Below are positions 55,194-64,000 of a stretch of 64,000 nucleotides of DNA, piece after piece (the stretch's first letter is position 1; every line of letters begins with the position of its first letter). The translations under genes and the position numbers were made by a program. The notes beneath the pieces are model-generated. The model was not told the DNA's origin. It made no database searches and saw only the letters and a list, made by a program, of their open reading frames with translations. Location: NCBI RefSeq assembly GCF_006345805.1, contig NC_043003.1:39308001-39372000 (forward strand), written 5' to 3'. Source of the DNA: Octopus sinensis. Taxonomy: Eukaryota.

Positions 55194-55385
55194 CAACACA
55201 CACACACACACACACTCACATATATATATATATATGCGATGGCTTTCAGTTTACGTCTACCAAATCCACTCACAGAGCTATAGTAGAAAACTGAACCCGG
55301 AACTCACAAGGGTTTAGAAGTGGGATTGAACCGGGAACCATGTGGTTGGGAAGTAAGCTTCTTACCACACAGCCACTCCTGCGCC
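54955..55385 (-). mobile_element. Family B SINE
   Basis: Tail, internal (TACA)(AC)(AT) and head CACAGCCACTCCTGCGCC. Confidence 0.9.
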
Positions 55386-55608
55386 TGTGTATGTATATAT
55401 ATATATATGTGTGATATATATATATATATAATATATTATATATATATATATATATATATAATATATTATATTATATTATATTATATTAAATTAGAGACAA
55501 AACCACTATTAGGCAAATCAAACAATGAAAAACTTAAGCCAATACATAATATTATTTAATTTATATTATTTAAAAATATAACAAAATTATTAAAAATATA
55601 ATTAATAT

Positions 55609-55680
55609 CACACTACGATCGTTTCATGCCTGCTAACTTCTTCAAATTTTTGAGTCGCAGTCATTCATCAGGTGGCTTAA
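55609..55680 (-). ncRNA. Minimal PLE-type type I hammerhead motif
   Basis: CAC-CUGAUGA-AUGACUGC...GCAGGCAU-GAAA-CGAUCG-UA^GUG: canonical core, palindromic stem III, only 3 bp in stem I. Confidence 0.6.
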
Positions 55681-55734
55681 ATATTTATCTTGGCGAGGTT
55701 TTTCCCTGTAAGTTTGGATTTATTCCCTAATATT

Positions 55735-55775
<41 letters not shown>

Positions 55776-56370
55776 TATTTACAGATATATATATAGATAT
55801 GTACGTCTGTGTGTAAGTGTGTGCGCGTGTTTCGTTTTATTGCTGTTGGGACTCAGTGAGAGTGATGGCGTTCTTGGGTATCGGGCTTCGTAGATGTTTA
55901 TGTTCAGACTTGGAGCGATATTATTTCTAAAAAGATGCTGTAATAATTTTCTTATTCGTTGTGGAATACTGTAGATGTGTCTGAATCGAGTCGGAAGACA
56001 AGTACTTTCAGGATTGGGTTGTAATAATATTCTAGATTGTTCTGGACCATTGTAAGTGTGTTTGGATTGTGTAGTCAGGCTGATGTTCTTAGGAGTGTGT
56101 TGCAGTGGTGTTTCGGATGTTCTGGAGTGCTGGTGATATGTCTGGATTAGGTGAGCCGGCTAGTGAACTTGAAATGATACTGCAGTAGAGTTCTGGATTA
56201 TTCTAGAGTATTATAGATGTCTTGATTGAGCAGTACACCCCGTGTTCTTTGGATTGTATTGTTCTGGGTGTTCTGAAGTGTAGGAAATATGTCTAGATTG
56301 AATAAATGGGATAGTTACTTAGAATGATACTTTAATACTGTTCTGGATAGTTCTTGAGTAATGGCAAATA

Positions 56371-56716
56371 CAGGGTAGGCCAAAAGTCACGCAAAAATAA
56401 GTTCAATACACTATGGAATTGTCAAAAGACATGCTTCAATTTTTCTAACTTTTGAATAAAATAAATATAATAATGATGAATACACACATAATTGTACAAA
56501 TTGGACAAAATGAATAATAATACTTTCTGTTATAGGCCAGGAAGATTTGTGGGGGCGGGGAACTAGTCGATTACATCGACCCCGGGATTTTATTGATATT
56601 TAATTTATCGACCCCGAAAGATGAACTCGGCGGAATTTGAACTCAGAACTTAGCAACGGGCGAAATACTGCTAAGCATTTCGTCCAGCGTGCTAACGACT
56701 CTGCCAGCCAGCTGTC

Positions 56717-56765
<49 letters not shown>

Positions 56766-56816
56766 TAATGTAATATAATACCAACTGTTTAGATGCGTGG
56801 CTTTTGGCCCACCCTG
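56371..56816. mobile_element. Tc1/mariner-type MITE interrupted by a family A SINE (~56530-56712)
   Basis: TIRs CAGGGTAGGCCAAAAGTCACGC / reverse complement CAGGGTGGGCCAAAAGCCACGC (20/22); TA on both flanks. Confidence 0.9.
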
Positions 56817-57524
56817 TAGATCTGAATTCATTAAATTGAATTGCTAATATTTTTAGGATCGAGGCGAAGATTGTTCTAGATTCTTGTGGACTGTTTTAGA
56901 CGTGCTCTAGTTGTGCAGAAAAAAAAGACGTTCCTATGATGGTGTAGTAGTGTTGTTGTGAATTGTTATAAATATGCCTGAAATGAGTGACTGCTTTTTT
57001 GGAGTGTTGTCGTAATGCTTACAGTTGTAAATGAGTGTGATGCACTGGCAGGTACTGTGTTCTTTGGATGACGTAGATGTAGGATTCTGAGATATTCTAT
57101 ATGCGTTTTTGCTTCTTCACTAGGGTGGGGTGTCTTGTTCATGGGATGGTGTTAACAGAGCTTAACTATGCTGTTTATTATTGGCAACAGAAATACATTT
57201 TGCGGAGATGCTTTTCAGGATTGCTTTTAACTATTTATACGTTGAGAACATTGTGTAAAGTTAGACTCTGTTTTTAAGGATTCTTTTGATCATCCAAAAC
57301 TATTAAAGCTAAAGGCCTATATTTAGAAGATACTACTAAATATACTGCTATACTATTTCAGTCTATTTAACGTTGTTTTGGGGGTTTTTTTACTTGTTGG
57401 TTTTTTTGCTGTTTATAATACCTTGCAGTTATTTTTGTTATTTTTAAACAAATGAAAATTAGCAAACAATATATAAGTTTAGATTGTATAGGCGCATATA
57501 CATATTACTGTAATAAATGAACAG

Positions 57525-57602
<78 letters not shown>

Positions 57603-57603
57603 T

Positions 57604-57652
<49 letters not shown>

Positions 57653-57708
57653 TGGTAGGTAGGTAGGTAGGTAGGTAGAAAGACAGACAGACAGACAGCC
57701 AGACAGAC

Positions 57709-57793
<85 letters not shown>

Positions 57794-58756
57794 TACATAT
57801 ACATACACTAACTTACACACATATATGTACAATTTATACGTGTGCACGCGCATGTCTATGTGTCTGTAGGTTTGTATATATTTGTGTATACAAACACATA
57901 CACACACACACATGCACATACACACTAGTTATATATTGCTAACGTTTAGCCCCAGGTTCGCCTGTATATGCGTATAATTATGATCAAAGGTGTGTCAGTC
58001 GTATTGTCTGGATTTTGTTTAAAGTATAATGCTTCCATGATTACATTATTCTCTGTTTATAAAGCAGATTAAGTCTGCAAAGAAATTTGGCTGCTATTTC
58101 TAGCAAATCAAGCCACTAAAATATAATGTATACGATGTACTTTTGTGATCAAATTTCTGGACAACTTATTCGTACAATTGTTTTTTGTTGGCCTCGTGCT
58201 GCTTCTTACTGAATAATTATTTTTGAAATCATCTGCAAATGATATATTCTTATTCCCTAACTCGTGTTAGTTTTGTATTGATATTTTGTTTCCATTAAAA
58301 TAGATCATTAGAAAACCAAAACAAAAAAGTAATAAACATCTGTTATATGTGAGAAATATACATATTTTGTTACTTCATACTCAATTGCTGATCTGTATTG
58401 AGACAAGATTACGCCGTTTTGGTGGGCGCTTAACAGCATTCAGACAAGATCAGCCATTTTGTTTTTCTCTTTTGGCACCTGATAAGCAATGAGACACGAT
58501 GACATATATTTTGGCAACAAATCAACACTAAAGTACGATCATACCACTTTCAGCAGCCCAGCGTCATTGAAACACAATTATGTTCTTGCATCGGTTCTGC
58601 TAACCGATCAAACATTGACTACCTGGATATATACTTATCGTTTGTCATCATGAACCACCAATCTGCCTCAGATTACGAAAAACTGGATAACGTCTAAGCA
58701 AATAATAAAAAAAAAATACGACATTCAGCAAACAGCCAGAAGACATGAGTCTGTGA

Positions 58757-58856
58757 NNNNNNNNNNNNNNNNNNNNNNNNNNNNNNNNNNNNNNNNNNNN
58801 NNNNNNNNNNNNNNNNNNNNNNNNNNNNNNNNNNNNNNNNNNNNNNNNNNNNNNNN
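58757..58856. other. Assembly gap (100 N)
   Basis: Run of exactly 100 N. Confidence 1.
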
Positions 58857-58919
58857 ATTTATGCACCTATGCATGTTTGTATATATGCGGAAGTGTGAAT
58901 GCATGCATGTCTGTATATG

Positions 58920-59015
<96 letters not shown>

Positions 59016-59289
59016 TGTACGCAACCTCATCCTCCTCATATACACATAGGTGCTTATATCCATACACGTAACATAATACATATATATCTAGTCGCCATGA
59101 TAGATCGTTAGCCGCTACACATTTTTTTCTCTCCTTGTTTTTTCTGTGTCCCTTTCTGTAGAAGAGCGTAGGCTCGAAACGTAAAAGACTTTTTCTATTC
59201 CTGAGCGTTATACTAATACATCTGTTTGTTTTGTACACCACCTGTCTTCGTCTTCTGTTTTTTTCGTAAACTCTCCCTATATATATATA

Positions 59290-59790
59290 AGCTACTGGGA
59301 AAGACTCAAGAGATTAAAACTATATTCCTTGGAGCGTAGGCGGGAAAGATATGCCATAATATACATCTGGAAGATCCTGGAGGGACGTGTCCCAAACTTT
59401 AGCATCGAGAGTTACACAAATGCCAGAACTGGGCGCCACTGCGTGGTGCCTAGGACTCCAAATTTGCCATCAAGATGTAGGACAAGATACTGTGATAGCC
59501 TGGGCTTCCGAGGCCCACAGCTCTTCAATATCCTCCCGAAGAACCTGAGAGACCTGCATGGGGTGGATGCAGATGTCTTTAAAATGAAACTAGATCTCTT
59601 CCTGTCAGCTGTCCCAGATGAACCAACTTCACGGCAGGAGGTGCAGATGAGGGCAGCTGCATCAAACTCTCTCATGCACCAAATGGCAGTTGCTAAAAAG
59701 CTTCCGTGAAGTAAAACCATGTAGCAACACCAAATGGCGGTGCCCCAGCATGGCCACAGCTCATGAGCTGAAACTAGAATCACCAATCCA
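59290..59790 (+). mobile_element. CR1-like LINE, 5'-truncated, with intact ORF2 C-terminus and 3' tail
   Basis: ORF ...ERRRERYAIIYIWKILEG...FRGPQLFNILP...LDLFLSAVPDEP...RAAASNSLMHQ*; tail GGCGGTGCCCCAGCATGGCCACAGCTCATGAGCTGAAAC followed by (AATC)n. Confidence 0.85.
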
Positions 59791-59809
59791 ATCAATCAAT
59801 CATATATAT

Positions 59810-59854
<45 letters not shown>

Positions 59855-60091
59855 GTATGCGTATATATATATATAATGTATATATATATATATATATATA
59901 TAGATATATATATACACACACGTATATTTATAGGTAAAATGTCTAGATATATATGTATTATGTTACATGTATGCATATAAGCACCTGTGTGTATATGAGG
60001 AGGATGAGGATGAGGTTGCGTACACACATACACACAAACACACACACACATATATATATATATACATATACATATATACATATATATATAC

Positions 60092-60194
<103 letters not shown>

Positions 60195-60502
60195 TATTAT
60201 ATATATATATATAATATATATGACAGTCTGTTGATAGCATGCAGCGGCAACTTCGAAATCATTGTAAACCATTCCTTGTAAATGTTCTTCATTCTACTAA
60301 AAATTATTGTGTAATCATTCCAGTTCAGGTTAAATTGCTTTTATATACATGATATAAAAACAAAACCATTAATATATGGGTGCATATACATATACAAACA
60401 AAGAAAAAAAGGTTTATATATGTATATATATATTTACGTATATATATGCAGAAAAAGTTGAGTGAAAGAAATAAGGGGGAAGATAAAGAGAAAGAGAGAG
60501 AT

Positions 60503-60547
<45 letters not shown>

Positions 60548-60783
60548 AAAGAGAGAGAAAGTGACCTAGGGATTGATTCCCAGTGGAAGACTTTTTATAT
60601 GTTTTAACTCAAACAGATACTCCTATGGCTTGTAATAGTTTGAGAAAGTAATGCTGTCGATATGAACGACAAAATTTCCTTAAGGGCGGTGCCCAGTTTG
60701 ACCTCCAATTTACGAGTACAACCAGTTAAAGAGTAACCCTCCTCATATGTGTGTGTGTGTGTGTACGCATAATTACATATGTA

Positions 60784-61010
60784 TTAGGTTGGTGCATAAT
60801 TATTGCGGCTTTTTTTCAACAAATTTTATTCAACAAAAGCAATAGCAATGTTTAACAAAAACATCTTTAAATCACGGTCTGACCGCCTGCCAAGGAAATG
60901 AGAAGCAGTGATTGAAGTAGATGGTGAATATACTCCGGAATGATCATTTAAAGATGTTTTTGTTGCATGTTGTTATGGTTTTTGTTGAATAAAATTATGC
61001 ACCAACCCAA
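60784..61010. mobile_element. Mariner-derived MITE (227 bp)
   Basis: TIRs TTAGGTTGGTGCATAATT / AATTATGCACCAACCCAA, TA flanks, long subterminal inverted repeats; the core encodes a transposase-like tail DRLPRK*EAVIEVDGEY. Confidence 0.9.
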
Positions 61011-61924
61011 TACGTGTGCATAGAATCCCTCTACCTATCTATCTGTCTATTTATCTATCTATCATTCTCTCTCTCCCTCTCCCCCCTCTCTCTCTCTGGT
61101 TGCCGCTCCCCAATTTCTCCCACAATGCAATATTCGTTCTGCGACTGTAGTAAAAAGATACAACTGCCTACAACGATGCTCAGCAGGACCGAGCTGAAAA
61201 CCACGCGTGGCTACGAAGCAAACTTCTTAACCGCACAACCAGTTCATTGTGAATGAATAATGATGTATGGTCCTTTATAGTCTGATTACAACGAATTAAA
61301 GGCTGAAAATAAAACCCCTGGAGTTTTCGGGCCTAATTTGGGTGTTGCCTTCGTTGGTGAATTTGTATATTGCATTTGAAACCTTTCTAGATGATTTTAA
61401 CAACATCATGGCTCTTAGTTATCTTTGCTATTTTTGCATGGATAGCTCAAGAAAACAGTTCTTCATGTAAATAGAAGAAATGTCTTATAAAGCAATTACA
61501 AATACTAGTGGATCTAAGGCATTTCTCTGGAGTACTACTCACAGAATTATCGTCCACTATAAGAAAGTACCATTGGGTGCCACAGCTTTCGTTCTATTTT
61601 CAAAATATTCTGCGATCACTCTGTTTCACAGTCCGACTAAGATCACATAGATTGAAATATTCTGTATGTGTACGTTGCATGTTTTTAAGGTTGCATAGAG
61701 TGTGTAAGTACGATTGTAAACTCCACTACTGTATCCTAAGTTCTTAAGTCTGAGGATCAAAAGAAAAGTACACGAAGAATATTACTATTCAGACAAATCA
61801 ATAAGGCTTGGATAAATATTCAAAATAGGGAATAAACTGTGTATATAAAGTGATCATCATATGTGTGTATATCCTTGTATTTGTAGTCGAATTAATCGAT
61901 CCCAGAACTTTTTTTTTTCAGAAG

Positions 61925-62063
61925 TGATACTTATTTTATCGACCGGTCTCTTTTGCCGCTAAGTTACGGGGACACAAACGCACCAAAACTGGTTGTCAAG
62001 TGGTGGAGTGGGGACAAACACAGGCACAAGCACACACACGCATGCACGCACACACACAAACAT

Positions 62064-62106
<43 letters not shown>

Positions 62107-62245
62107 TGAGTGGCTGTGTGGTAAGTAGCTTGCTTCTGGGTTCAGTCCCACTGCATGACACTTTGGGCAAGTGTCTTCTACTATAGCTTCGGACCGACTA
62201 AAGACATGTGAGTGGATTTGGTAGATAAACGGAAAGAAGCCCGTC

Positions 62246-62291
<46 letters not shown>

Positions 62292-62567
62292 TGCGTGTGC
62301 GCGCGCGCATCTATATGTTTGTGTGTCTGTGTTCGTCCCCCTACTATCGTTTGACAACCGATGTTAGTGTGTTTACGTTCCCGTAAATTAGCGGTTCGGC
62401 AAAAAGAGACGATAGGATATATACTAGGCTTACAAAGAATAAGTCCTGGGGTCGATTTGTTCGACTAAAGGTGGTGATGCTCCAGCATGGCTGCAGTCAA
62501 ATGACTGAAAGAAATAAACGAATATATATATATATAGATATATATATATATAATATATATATATAAT

Positions 62568-62623
<56 letters not shown>

Positions 62624-62800
62624 TATAGATACATACATACACATATATGTATATATATATATTATATATAATATATACGACAAGCTTCAATTTCTGTCTA
62701 CCAAATCCACTAACAATGCTTGGGTTGGCTCGAGGCTATAGTAAAAATATTTGCCACGCAGTGGGATTGAACCTGGTACTATGTCCTTGGGAAGCATGCT
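61925..62800. mobile_element. Cluster of family B SINEs in alternating orientation
   Basis: - fragment 61925-62040, + full copy 62105-62520, - 5' half 62690-62800. Confidence 0.85.
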
Positions 62801-63861
62801 TCATGCTACACATCCACGGCTGGTGTGTTTGTATCTCCGTAACGTATGTATTACTTACATTGCTTCAGGTTTGTGTAGCAAAGCAGCTACAAGTGCGATA
62901 GAAGATTTGGATGATGTACAATTTACGTTCGAAATATTTGGATGTGTCTCTTGTTGCATGTATATATATAAATATACGTGTTTGTGTGTGCGTGTGTGTC
63001 AGTTTCTGCGAGTGTAGGCATTTCTTTTCATATCTCGCTAATCCACACAGATAAAACTGTATACCAATAGTAGCTGGGAGTTAATTTTATTTGGTGGGAG
63101 CGGGTGACTCTTGTGATCTTTGTCACTAAACGCTCCAGAAATAGGGACAAGTGAGTCACTCAGGTCAAGCCATAATTTAATTATGTGTATGTGTGTATGC
63201 GTGTGTATATGAGCCTGTCATGTTGTGCGTGTTTATTATGTATGTTTATATATATACATATATATATATTATATATATATATAATATATATATATTATAT
63301 ATATATCTATACCTCTATTGTCAAAGTGGTAAGCGGCCATCTGATATATATATATCTTTGTGTGTGTGTATCTGTGTGTATGCGTGTGTCTATGTGCCTG
63401 TGTGTCTGTGTATTTCAACCATATATATATAAGAGAGGGAGGGAGAGAGAGATAGGGAGAGAGAGGGAGAGAGAGAGGGAGAGCGAGAGAGATTAGAAAT
63501 ATACAAAAATTATACCAAAAAAAAGAGACATGTGAAGGAATAACAAACATGACGTGTTAGTTTGACGATCAGAAAAAATAAAAGAAGTATTTGACGTTTC
63601 GAGGCTACGCTCTTCCCTAGAAAGAAATAAAGAAAGAAAACTGACCGAAAGGGGGAAAATGGAGAGAGAAAACGTGTCTGAATTAACGGTGTATGAATGT
63701 ATTTATGTATGTATGGTATGTTCAACATAGAATGTTGAACATACCATACATACATAAATACATTCATACATACATACATACGTACATACATACATACATA
63801 CATACATACATACTTACATACATACATACATACATAACTACATACATATATTATATATATA

Positions 63862-63894
<33 letters not shown>

Positions 63895-64000
63895 GAATAT
63901 ATATATATATATATATATAGATATAATATACACGCGCACGCACATACGCAACATACAACACTATAACGTCTCCGATGTCAAATCATACCACATGTACTCC

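Overview
AT-rich, microsatellite-saturated eukaryotic genomic DNA with a 100-N scaffold gap at 58757-58856. The SINE families and repeat landscape look like an Octopus/coleoid cephalopod genome (inferred, not verified). I recognise no host protein-coding gene, and almost every ORF in the track is a translation of (AC)n, (AT)n, (TACA)n, (GATA)n or (TTC)n repeats. Supported features are: at least three tRNA-derived SINE families in dozens of copies; five degenerate Tc1/mariner transposase remnants; Tc1/mariner and hAT MITEs with TIRs and TSDs; a non-autonomous Helitron; CR1-like and RTE-like LINE fragments; and Penelope-like (PLE) remnants with palindromes. The best finding is a type I hammerhead ribozyme with a complete core and an extended, bulged stem I on the minus strand at 27531-27601, in otherwise unique sequence. 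Also notable are PLE-type minimal hammerheads (one canonical, several with a variant core), a CR1-like LINE and a SINE sharing a 3' tail with a sequence-divergent stem-loop, and two phase-compatible minus-strand exon candidates bracketing the ribozyme.
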